Translations under genes and position numbers: made by a program | Assembly: GCA_024626585.2 (NCBI GenBank) | Contig: JANKJI020000002.1 | Span: 50,717,581 to 50,741,887, forward strand | DNA: 24,307 nucleotides | Reading direction: 5' to 3' | Source of the DNA: Ginkgo biloba | Lineage: Eukaryota > Plantae > Ginkgophyta | In this document: positions 12,214 to 22,581 of the stretch, piece after piece | How positions within the stretch are numbered: the stretch's first letter is position 1 | How the letters are laid out: every line of letters begins with the position of its first letter | Notes under the pieces: model-generated | Database searches by the model: none | What the model saw: only the letters and a program-made list of their open reading frames with translations | What the model was told of the DNA's origin: nothing

Positions 12214-13085
12214 TGTGAGCCCTACACGTGGCGAGATTTCATAGACCCGGGATCTCATGGTGTTAAGCCGGTTGAGTTAGCACCTTGCTGTTTTACCAAA
12301 ATACACTGAAATACGTGGCCACATCCCTTGCCCTATTTAGTAGTCAATACAATACCTTGTGTCGAAGAGTGTCTCGAGATTGAAACACGCGGCGTTACTT
12401 CGCATTATCTAAGCTCGTAGCATTTGGTAACACTGTTCCCTTTATCCGCTCTTCCTGCGAGTTTGAGTGCTCGTGATTGGGACACGTGGTGGCATCAGGT
12501 ATCATCTTGAATGATGTGCTCTGGTAACAACTTTTTCTATAACACTTGTGTGAGCAATTAAGACTGAGACACGTGGCGTGATCTCGTAGACCTTGAGCTC
12601 ACAGCCTTTTGGTGTTTCCTTTTCCCTTTTGTTACACTATGTTGGGCTGTGAGCTTGCAAGATTTGAACGTGTGGCCACATCTCGCTAGTTCGGGGCTAC
12701 GTCATTCACCAAGGTCACTCCAGAGTTCTCAACTGATGTGAGGGAAGGTGTCACGAAATCCTGCCACGCGGCGTAATCCTGTAATCTGTGACCTCATAAC
12801 CTTTTGAGGTCTCCTTCCCTTTTGCTACATTGGTGTTGGGCTGCAATCTTGCGAGAGTTGCACACGTGGCCGCATCTCGGGAGCTCTGGGGCTTGCTTTA
12901 TTTACACTCCGAGGTTTTCAACTATTGTGAGGAAAGATGTCGTGAGATCTTGCCACGTGGCATAATCTTGTACCTTGCACAAAGACTTCACAACACCCGT
13001 GAAAAGCACGCACTTGCAAAAAAACAAAAGAGGCTACGCGACACATTTTAGTGAAGTGTTGGTTTCCTTCATTAAAATACTAAAA
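12214..13085 (+). repeat. G-box tandem array, copy 1 (9 units of ~74-99 bp, each centred on a CACGTGGC-like core)
   Basis: Cores are at 12225 CACGTG, 12312 TACGTG, 12386 CACGCG, 12483 CACGTG, 12570 CACGTG, 12669 CGTGTG, 12765 CACGCG, 12863 CACGTG and 12954 CACGTG. The last units form a ~190-bp higher-order dimer (12570-12764 resembles 12765-12953). Confidence 0.9.
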
Positions 13086-13359
13086 CATTGAGGATATAAG
13101 AAAGCATATCTACAATCCAGATGTCAGTCACTCTTGAATTTATTTCCAATGGTATTCCAAAACCAATGTTGAAAATTGAACCCAATGTAATTATGGTACT
13201 CAATATGCACTGCCTATAGCAATGAATTCCATGAGCATGCTCATCAAGATTCAATGTCAAAAAAATACAATGTCGAGGCTGAACTTATAGCAACAGCTTA
13301 GTAAAGGTTAAGAACTCGAATGTCCACCTCCACCTTCAAATAGAATGCTTCATCCCTGT

Positions 13360-13440
13360 CTATGAAGAGGAATCTTTCTTAGCAGCTTCTTCAAAAGTCT
13401 CTCCATCAATGAGGTCAGGCACTTCATCATCACCCTCTTC
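13360..13440 (-). pseudogene. BTF3: Orphan C-terminal coding fragment of BTF3 / nascent polypeptide-associated complex beta
   Basis: It translates to EEGDDEVPDLIDGETFEEAAKKDSSS*, matching the characteristic plant NAC-beta tail (E)DDDDVP(E/D)LVxGETFE. It is followed by ~270 nt of 3'-UTR-like sequence with AATAAA at 13144-13139. No upstream NAC-domain sequence is visible in the window. Confidence 0.75.
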
Positions 13441-13581
13441 CTTGTATGATTTTTCTTCTTCTTTTTCTTTTATTCTATATTTTTTAAATATCTCCTTAAA
13501 TATATTATGTCCTTTCTAAATTCTAATTAAATGATTATTTATTCTGGAATAAAATGTGCCATTACTACATTTGCTCTTGTA

Positions 13582-14484
13582 TGATGTACCCTTGATGGAG
13601 GACTCTAAAGGTGTGGCATTTGGTTATGTGGTATGATCTATAAAATGTAAGGATACTTAAAGATGCATTATTGTACCACTGAATCAACATGCATATTAAG
13701 TTTTCTCTACTCAGGTTGAACCCAACTCTCCTTGTTCATGAAGGAAACCTAAGTTTGAAACTATTTTTTTACACTCAAGGAAAAAAGGAAGGTTATCCAA
13801 AACTATGTCTTGGCTTTTCCTCCTTGTGTTGTGCACTCTTCTAATAGTAACACTATGAGTTTCTCTNNNNNNNNNNNNNNNNNNNNNNNNNNNNNNNNNN
13901 NNNNNNNNNNNNNNNNNNNNNNNNNNNNNNNNNNNNNNNNNNNNNNNNNNNNNNNNNNNNNNNNNNNNNNNNNNNNNNNNNNNNNNNNNNNNNNNNNNNN
14001 NNNNNNNNNNNNNNNNNNNNNNNNNNNNNNNNNNNNNNNNNNNNNNNNNNNNNNNNNNNNNNNNNNNNNNNNNNNNNNNNNNNNNNNNNNNNNNNNNNNN
14101 NNNNNNNNNNNNNNNNNNNNNNNNNNNNNNNNNNNNNNNNNNNNNNNNNNNNNNNNNNNNNNNNNNNNNNNNNNNNNNNNNNNNNNNNNNNNNNNNNNNN
14201 NNNNNNNNNNNNNNNNNNNNNNNNNNNNNNNNNNNNNNNNNNNNNNNNNNNNNNNNNNNNNNNNNNNNNNNNNNNNNNNNNNNNNNNNNNNNNNNNNNNN
14301 NNNNNNNNNNNNNNNNNNNNNNNNNNNNNNNNNNNNNNNNNNNNNNNNNNNNNNNNNNNNNNNNNNNNNNNNNNNNNNNNNNNNNNNNNNNNNNNNNNNN
14401 NNNNNNNNNNNNNNNNNNNNNNNNNNNNNNNNNNNNNNNNNNNNNNNNNNNNNNNNNNNNNNNNNNNNNNNNNNNNNNNTATGA
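13582..14484 (-). mobile_element. 3' LTR of a Ty3/Gypsy element, mostly hidden in gap 13867-14479
   Basis: It starts TGATGTACCC at 13582 on the plus strand. 13582-13866 aligns by eye with 19862-20145. A degenerate PPT (AAGGAGTGAGGAA on the minus strand, ~14498-14486) lies at the far side of the gap, right after the end of pol. Confidence 0.75.
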
Positions 14485-15601
14485 ATTCCTCACTCCTTGG
14501 GAAGCAATGGACCCCATTGGTTGGTCCAATAAGTGTGTCATCTCCTTCCTCAATCTGTCCAATATTATCCACTTACCTTAGTGTGGATATTTCCCCTTCC
14601 TTCAAACAAGGAAAGAGTCCATACTAGAAGACCTTATCTTCTTCACCTAATGTTGAAAGACCTTATCCTCTTAAATATGATCAATATAATATAGTTCCAA
14701 TCTCTTTAGATGTTGTAGAATATATATAATTAACCCATCTAATAATGGTTGCTCATAAAGCTTCAATTTACCCACCTTAAGTTGAGGATGGAGTCTCATG
14801 TATGGTGGTAAGTCTAAGTGGAAAGTATTCTCTCCATGCTACTTCAAAATGGTGTAAGGTCCATACTATAATAGCTTAATCTTATGTACCTTATTCTTGA
14901 ACCTTTTCTTTGGAAGAGAGCCATACTTTATCCCCTACCTAAAAAGAACATTTGATCTTCCTAGTGCCTATCATTAGCCTCCCTATATTTGGATTAAGCT
15001 TTAATAAGGCCTTATGAACCAATTCATGAACCTTCTAAATGTGCTAAATGAAATACGTAGCTTGTGTATGAGCCTTATTCTTAGAAGAAGAGGAAGTAGA
15101 AAAATTGAGAGGTGAATCAAGAAGAAATCCCAAATGATCCTCAAATGGAGAAATACCAAGTGAGCAATAAAGAGCCTTATTATAACTATGTAAGATGTAT
15201 GGGAGAGATTCATCCTAAGTCTTGGTATGACTATGATTATACATCCTCAAATCATGCACTAATGTTTTGTTCACCACCTATATTTGTAGATCTATCTGAG
15301 GATGGAAAGAAGTTTACCTCTTCAACTTTGTGTCTATCATCCCCTATAAGCTAGTCCAAGAGTGACTAAAAACCTACTATCTTAGTTAGATATAATAGAA
15401 GAATCCAAAATAAAATGGCTCCAAACATGAGTAAAGAACAACCTAATAACTTATAATGTGTAAATTATCTTTTGGCATGCAATCAAAATGATCATCTTAC
15501 TTAATTTATTCACTACCTATAAATGTGTAGTCATGGCCTCATTAAATCAATGGAAACCTTCCTAGGAGTCCAAAGATATAGACTCCCATGGTTGATCTAT
15601 A
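14485..15601 (-). mobile_element. Decayed Ty3/Gypsy integrase (core, GPY/F module, chromodomain-like tail)
   Basis: Core: PWESISLD..., VVNKLSKM, LFFTHVWSHF, SIISN*DSRFL, TSFHPQID, VVNKTLVH and SLPYILHSYNKA...GISPFE. Then VGDKVWL, YGPYTILK and FHLDLPPYMRLHP. Tail: FLV*RKGKYPH*GKW...EMTHLL. Multiple stops and frameshifts are present. Confidence 0.9.
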
Positions 15602-15701
15602 NNNNNNNNNNNNNNNNNNNNNNNNNNNNNNNNNNNNNNNNNNNNNNNNNNNNNNNNNNNNNNNNNNNNNNNNNNNNNNNNNNNNNNNNNNNNNNNNNNN
15701 N

Positions 15702-16100
15702 GATCCTCACTTGGTGGTAACTTAACTTCAAATCAATCTTCCTAAAATATCATTCATCCTCAAGCTGGTTTAATAGTCCTCAATGCAGGGTAGCAGATAT
15801 ATGGTCTTTACTTTTATCTTGTTTATTTTCCTATAATAAATGCACATGCACCATGTAACATCCTTCTTAGGAACCAATATAATAGAATAATAATATGAAT
15901 AAGCTTAGGTTCGATATGTCCCTTCTCCAACAACTCTGACAATCGCCTCTTAATTTTTTCATTTTCTAATATGGACCTATGACAAAGAATTATGTTAGAT
16001 AAAGATGCCTATCACACTTTATCTATCCCATGCTAAATACCCCTTTTAGGAGGAAGGATATGGGGAGATCTATATACATCCTCAAACTCAGGTAAAATCC
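15702..16100 (-). mobile_element. Decayed Ty3/Gypsy reverse transcriptase N-terminal region
   Basis: LPPKRGI*H, ELLEKGHI, LVPKKDVTWCMCIYYRKINK, YLLPCIED and YFRKIDLKLSYHQVRI (cf. LVPKKDGTWRMCIDYRALNK...YFSKIDLKSGYHQVRI). The rest of RT/RNase H presumably falls in gap 15602-15701. Confidence 0.9.
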
Positions 16101-16329
16101 ACTTCACTTGCTATTATCATTTCTCATCTTTTATGACTATCTCCAACTAGCTTTGAGTGTTTGAACTCGAATCATTATAACCCCTAAACCTAATCAAGAC
16201 AAACTTCTAAGAAGATTTCACTAACTATTTTGGGTATTGTTGACTAAAAGAGTAGATTTAGAAATAGTAATTGATTTAATGATGAAAGGCTTACTCAAAC
16301 TTCCCTTAGTAAGTGATAATCTTAGCCTT

Positions 16330-17844
16330 TCTATTATTCATAAAAGATATAAGAACTAATACATTGGTATAGTCCATTGATGCTACATCATAGGTGATCT
16401 CATCCACATATTATTTTGTTATGTAAAAATTAAAGGTGCACTAATATGTGACTATATCACTCTCATCCTTCTTCCTACCACTAATATTAAAAGGATTTGG
16501 ATTCTCTTATAACTCCAACATTATATTCTTTACCAAAGAAGTATATACCATGTTCTTATATCTCTCACTATCTATAACAGCTAAGACTCATTTTCCCTTG
16601 TCATGTAGCTTCAAATTAAAGAGATTCTCATGATGCTTTCTCGTGTCCTAATTTTAACGGGAAATATCAATAAATTTAGCTATCTAAAATGATAGCCACT
16701 TTAGGAATACTCTTCTTTCCCTAATTCCTTTGGTGTAGAACTCTAGGTGCCTTCTCCAAATGTAATTTGAGGGAATTAGCTTCATCATGACTTTCACTAC
16801 CACAATGTCCACACTTCTTCGATATGTCAAAACCCGTATTCTTCCTGTCCCTACTAGAAGAAGATGGAGGAAAAGAAGCAACCTTTTGCTTGGCCTTACC
16901 CTAGAAAACTAGTGAAGTCTTCTTCTTGACTTCAATCTTGGATGCAAACATGTAGGCCTCTCGAATCGTATGTAGAGGAAAAAGCTCAACCTCGTGCCAA
17001 AGTTGATTATGAAGCCTGCCAACAAATTTGAGCACCATCTTCTCTACAAGTTCCCTGATGTCCAACTTGAAAGAGAGGTCATGATATTCCTCGTAGCAGT
17101 GCTCCAAAGACTGTCCTGCCTTCTAATGAAGATATTGACATTTGAGATAGAGCTCATCCTCATACCCTAGAGGATAGAAGTTCTTTCTCACTCCCTTCTT
17201 AAACTCAAGCCAAAATGATAAGGGAGGCTTTCCTCCTTGATCTCGCTACCTACAAAAAGATTCCCACCACAAAATAGCCTTCTTAGACATCTTCAAACGG
17301 TCAAAGGTGATCCTTTGTATATCTATATAAGATTGACATGAAAAGAATACCTCCAAGGCCTATATCCATGTCTCCAAAGATTCGACATTCATCTTGCCAG
17401 CAAGTCTCTTTATCTCAACCTTAGACTCTACCCAAAAGGGTTTATGTCCCAAGGTTGGCTACACAATAGAATTAGAAGTAAGAGCAATAATACATTAAGA
17501 AGAATTAGAAGCAGAATTTAAAGGAGGAGGTAAGGGAGTAATTACCACTAGTGGAGGAACCACTAGAGATGAAATACTCAAGGCTAAAATCAGTGCCTAC
17601 AACTGTTGCACGAGTGTAAGAAGTCCCCCTATGACCTCTAGCTCTCTCTCTACTCTTGTCACATCTTTTGTACGAAATTATGCATCTCATCTACCCAGTC
17701 CTCAAGAGTTCCCTCTTCGAAATCCTCTAGCTCACTCAGTTAATCCCTCTCAGTATCTTCTATCTCTAGCTAGATTATGAAAGGATTCTCTGGCAGTGGA
17801 AAATTATCTATATTCCCCTCTCTTATGCCTTCCTTGTGCTCCAT
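16330..17844 (-). mobile_element. Decayed Ty3/Gypsy gag and aspartic protease, unit A
   Basis: ATG is at 17844. Gag reads KPFWVESKVEIK...ESLETWI*ALEVFF...AILWWESF...WLEFKKGVRKNFYPLGY...GQSLEHCYEEY...KFVGRL (includes ORF 16901-17107). The protease reads ENLFNLKL...AVIDSERYKNMV...YVDEITYDVASMD (~16632-16360). Confidence 0.88.
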
Positions 17845-18032
17845 ATCTAGACCTGCAATCCTAGACATAGATTTGCTAGATACCATACAAGAGAAATAAA
17901 AGAATTTTTAAAATGAACTAAAGAAAATAAGANNNNNNNNNNNNNNNNNNNNNNNNNNNNNNNNNNNNNNNNNNNNNNNNNNNNNNNNNNNNNNNNNNNN
18001 NNNNNNNNNNNNNNNNNNNNNNNNNNNNNNNN

Positions 18033-19735
18033 TAAATGGAGGGTCTAATACTATGTTCAATACGAATGATGCACTATCCTTGTGTAATTTACACTATGTC
18101 TTATAAGTATAAATATTTGCCTCCTTATCAAAGAGAAAAGGACTATCTAAGATCACATTAGTACAATCCATAGGAATTATGTCACAAGTGATATCATCAA
18201 CATAGAAAGAAGTAATTATAAATTTAAATGTACAATGATAATTCACCTATTTAATGTCCTCCCTAGTTCTTCCATTGATGAAATAAGGATTAATATGAGG
18301 ATGGTCCTTAATCCCCAATCATTCAACTATTGAATAAGAAATTAATTTCTTTTACTACCATTATCAATTATGGTTGGAACCATAGTGCCTTTGATTTACA
18401 GCCTAAGAGTGAACAGTGTCTCCCTATCCTTAGTTACTCATTATATGAGTAACATAAAAGGACTATCTTCTCCATTATATTTAAAAGGTGTAGAGGGAAT
18501 ATAATAAGGTAAATGTATCTCATCTTCTCGAGTGTGTTCTTGTAATGACCTACATTCTAGGTCTAGATGTTAAGTAAAATACTCATCATCTATATGCCCA
18601 TACGATCTACGTTGATGGAAAATGTTCTTCTACTTTCCTCTTCATGGTGATGTTATAGGTGTGTTATCTTGATTTGGTGAAGGTGTTCATTCTTCCCATA
18701 AGGAATAATAATTAAATGTACTCTTCCCTTTAGAGTACAAAGAGGAAGTTCGGTGCCTAATTCTACTTGGAGATGTCATTGGAGTTCTCTTCATTTATAT
18801 TTCAACCTTTAAAGAAAATTTATATGACTCTTATAGGGTATGGATAAGAAAGAGAATAATATCATGCTATAAAGTTGAGTATGGAGCCCACCAACAAAAT
18901 TGAGCACTATATTCTCTATATATTTCTTAATATCTAACCCGATATAAATATCATTATATTCATCACAATAATCCTCTAAAAGTTATCCTTCCTTTTGTTA
19001 AGGATACTTCCATTTGAGATAGATCTCATCCTCATACCCTAGAGGATGTAAGTTATTTCTCAACGTCTTCTTAAAATCAAGTCAAGATGATAAAAGAGTC
19101 TTTCCCTCTTACTCATTCTTTCTATAAAAGGAAACCTACCACAAAAGATAATTTTTTGATATCTTCGAATGGGCAAAGGCTATGTTCTATAAATTTGTAT
19201 AAGATTGACATGAAACGTATACTTCCAAAGCTTTAATCCATCTTTGTAAAGATTCTACATTCATCTTGACATCAAATAACTTAATCCCAATCTTGAACTC
19301 TACTCGAAAGGGGTTCCATCTTAAAGTTGGTTGAATGATAGCACTAATATCTTGAGAAGAATTAGATGGTGAAATGAAAATAGGGGGTTGTGGGGAAGTC
19401 GCCAGTGGTGATAGAACCCTTGAAGAGGGACACTCAATGAAGTGATTTGGGATCGTAACTATTGAATAAATGGAACTAGTATTCCCATAAACTTTTGATT
19501 CTCCCTCTACTCCTATCTAATTTTTCACATCATATTCTATATCTCGTTAATTCAGTCATTAAGAGTCCACTTTGGAAACTCTTCTAACTTANNNNNNNNN
19601 NNNNNNNNNNNNNNNNNNNNNCTTACTCAATTGATCCTTTTTGTTGTTTTTATATTTTATCCAGATAATAAAAAGGTTCTTTGGCAGTGATACTATCTCC
19701 TTATTTCCTTCTCCTAGGAACTTTTCACATTCCAT
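18033..19735 (-). mobile_element. Decayed Ty3/Gypsy gag and aspartic protease, unit B
   Basis: It is collinear with unit A at ~1.87-kb offset (for example ctcatcctcataccctagaggat at 17154 and 19025). ATG is at 19735 and a degenerate CCHC knuckle FHQRRSYGHIDDEY is at ~18620-18580. The protease reads RETLFTLRL*IKG...IIDNGS...YVDDITCDIIPMDCTNVIL (~18425-18145). Confidence 0.88.
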
Positions 19736-19847
19736 ATCTAAGCCTATAATATACATAGATCTAATGGATTCTATAAAAAGGAAACAAAAAATTTAGAAAA
19801 ATAGACTAAGAATACAATTTGATCTTCTCACCTAATAGAACATATAG

Positions 19848-20145
19848 GCAATGACACCAATTAATGTACCCTTGATAGAGGAGTCTAAAGGTGTGACCTT
19901 TGTTTATGCGAAAGTGTATAATAAAAATCTAGGTTACTCAAGGATGCACTATTATACTATTGGATCAACTTTCACAACAAGCTACTTTTCTAAAGTTGAA
20001 CCTAACTATTCCTATTTACAAAGAAATCCCAAGCCTAAAACTAATTTTTGGTACTAAGGGAAAAATGATCAATGTCCTAAACTACATCATAACTTTCTTT
20101 GCCCGCAATGTGTGTTTTTCTAAAGGTGGTATTATGGGTTTCTCT
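19848..20145 (-). mobile_element. Degenerate tRNA-Met(i) primer-binding site and 3' part of a 5' LTR
   Basis: The minus strand reads TGGTGTCATTGC at 19859-19848 (9/12 to TGGTATCAGAGC), 2 nt from the LTR edge at 19862. The LTR is homologous to 13582-13866. Its distal end was not identified. Confidence 0.7.
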
Positions 20146-20899
20146 CACCATGAGTCTTCTCTATAACCTAAAAACTTAAGGAGAATCTTTCAAACATGTA
20201 TGATATTTCACACAATGTCGATGTTATAACTAGTCAAAATATTTCAAGACCTGTACACATAAGCATGGGTCCTAAACATTAGAATCTATAAACTCATAAG
20301 AAGATCATAGGATATTTTAACAACAAATAATCTTTTAGATTATGTGCTCCAAAAATACATGTGTGCATGATAATAATAATGCATAATACAAGTGCATGCC
20401 TATTTTTGTGTGGAGGTCATGAGTAATAATAGAAATATGAATATAAAATAGTAATATATCCATGAACAAGTTAAAATCTCATGCAATTCATGCAACTTTC
20501 CATATAACCAAAGAATTTGTATATGTACAAGGATTCTATGATTACTGAATATATTAATGGTGGAGACTATACCGCATATTAGGGGAACAATCAATGGTGG
20601 AGAAAACTCCTTAAAAATAATTATAAGAAAATAATAGTCATTGCCCTCACAAATAATAGACCCTATAGGACTTCATGCTATGATTGCTTGTGCCCATATG
20701 GCATATAATTGTAATCTTGGCTCAAAGGCCTACCTTTTNNNNNNNNNNNNNNNNNNNNNNNNNNNNNNNNNNNNNNNNNNNNNNNNNNNNNNNNNNNNNN
20801 NNNNNNNNNNNNNNNNNNNNNNNNNNNNNNNNNNNNNNNNNNNNNNNNNNNNNNNNNNNNNNNNNNNNNNCATTACCATCAAATATGAGCACAACACAA

Positions 20900-21473
20900 G
20901 CTTGAAATTACCATAGATAATCTGTTCTCTTAACATTCACATAACATATATCTAATATGCATCACCATTTGCAATCTCATCTATTATAATCAACAAACAC
21001 TTTATACATTCACAACAACAACTCAGAGACTAATGAGAATAATCGATCTTCTATTCATTAACTTAAAATGTCTTATACACAGAATACTACAACTCTCACC
21101 TGTTGTTGGTGAGAAACATAATACATGCATTTATAGGTCAATGTCTATAATTTTTTTCTCAATTTATAACAGGGAATTTCTTCTAGAATAATCCTTCTTA
21201 CCTTACACAAAGATTAACAACATTGTTGTCACCAACATGCCCCAATTTTGCTAAAAAATTAGGACCCCCTTTTTGAAGGAATTCTAAGGCATTTGGTGTC
21301 ATTGAAATAATCAAGGGTGTTGTGTAAATAAGATTATTAAAAATTGAGTTTGTCTCTTAGAGTGTTGTAATCAGTTTGAGGGTTATGTCTACATTTTCAT
21401 GCTATCTTGAGTATAGCATTAAAAAATACATGTTTAAATCTTTAAGATTTCATGTACTATCTCCCCCTTTTTT
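20900..21473 (-). mobile_element. PPT and probable 3' LTR of the element carrying the G-box array
   Basis: AAAAAAGGGGGAG on the minus strand (21473-21461) is a classic PPT, and TATA box CTATAAAT is at 21136-21129 on the same strand. The expected TG after the PPT is not intact (ATAGTAC), and the far end is undefined. Confidence 0.45.
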
Positions 21474-21570
21474 ATTGATACACCCTCATATAATACCTCA
21501 AAATTACACAACACTTTGTGTCTTAGGATAAGTCTTTTAACATGAATCTAATGAATTTGTTTGAATTACT

Positions 21571-22291
21571 TTAGTATTTTAATGAGAGAAGTTAGTATTT
21601 CACTATAATTTTACATGTGGATCCTTTCATTTTATGAAAAGATACTTTTCACAGGGTCTTGTGAAGTCTTTTTGTAGGTTACAAGATTACGCCATGTGGC
21701 AAAAGTTAGTGATACTTTTCCCTGGGTAATTGAAAACTTCAAAGTGGCCTTTATGAATAATGTGAGGCCCAAGCTCCTGTAATCATGCCATGTGTCTCAA
21801 TCATCTACATTCATAAGACTTAGAAAAAGAAAAGGTGAACAAGATAGTGTTGAAAAATAATGTAAGGCTTGAGCTCTTGTGATCATGCCACGTGTTTAAA
21901 TCACATACAGTCATAGTCACACAATGTAACAAAAGGGGAGGACCTACCAAAAGGAAATGAGATCAAATTCTACCATGTGTCCTAATCACATACACTAGAA
22001 AATACACATGATAAGTGGGTAAAAGAAATAGTGTTGCCAAAGGCTGTGAGTCTAAAAGACTACCAAATTGTGCCACATGGAAATATATAGTGCCATCCTC
22101 CCCTATGATAGTTGAAATCTTTAGAGTGACTCTAGGAAGTAATGCAAAGTCTAAGCTCATGAGATGCAACCACATGTTTTAATCCTATGTATCTTCAATG
22201 TGGTTTGGTAGAGTGGATGAGGGTGAATTTGATCAGACAAAACTTTGCGAGACCCTGATACCATGAGATAGCACCACATGTAGGGCTCATA
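21571..22291 (-). repeat. G-box tandem array, copy 2 (inverted relative to copy 1; 7 units, mostly deaminated)
   Basis: Reverse-complement homology to copy 1 is clear at both ends: ttagtattttaatga at 21571 versus 13083-13069; ttgtgaagtcttt and acaagatta(c/t)gcca(t/c)gtggcaa; tgtagggctca near 22279 versus 12226-12216. Cores are at 21693, 21789, 21889, 21974, 22074, 22171 and 22275, spaced 85-104 bp. Confidence 0.9.
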
Positions 22292-22581
22292 NNNNNNNNN
22301 NNNNNNNNNNNNNNNNNNNNNNNNNNNNNNNNNNNNNNNNNNNNNNNNNNNNCATGAAGATCTCGATCTACACAATCTCTAAAAAATATCAAATTTTGAA
22401 TTATGGGTGGAAGCGATATAGTAGACGAAAAACACTTGCATTCAAATTGTTGATGATCCAGAGATCTCTTATAATCATTTCCATAAGTCTTGGATTCTCA
22501 CTAGACACAAAGCTACGTGTTTGTGGATATTTTGGTATTTTGGTTTGTCTTGAGTAAGAAGAGGTTTGAATTTCATATCCA

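Noticed and set aside
11945-13051. ORFs 11945-12154, 12007-12309 and 12830-13051
   Set aside because: They are chance frames in GC-richer repeat sequence with no protein motifs.
12214-13085. CRISPR-like appearance (regular palindromic cores with variable spacers)
   Set aside because: The cores are only ~9 bp and degenerate, and the spacers are related to one another. There are no cas genes and the context is plant nuclear DNA.
13711-14572. Long ORFs of 224-283 aa in the ORF track, and other X-rich ORFs
   Set aside because: They are read-through of N gaps. Only the short MDRLRKEMTHLL part is meaningful, as the tail of Gypsy pol.
17874-17885. PBS-like TGGTATCTAGCA on the minus strand
   Set aside because: The homologous position in unit B (~19765) lies inside the leader. 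The PBS adjacent to the demonstrated LTR edge is at 19848-19859.
12214-22291. The two inverted arrays as terminal inverted repeats of one 10-kb DNA transposon
   Set aside because: The copies differ in unit number and degree of decay, and no TSD or transposase was found. Copy 2 sits in an LTR-element-like context, so independent insertions are simpler.
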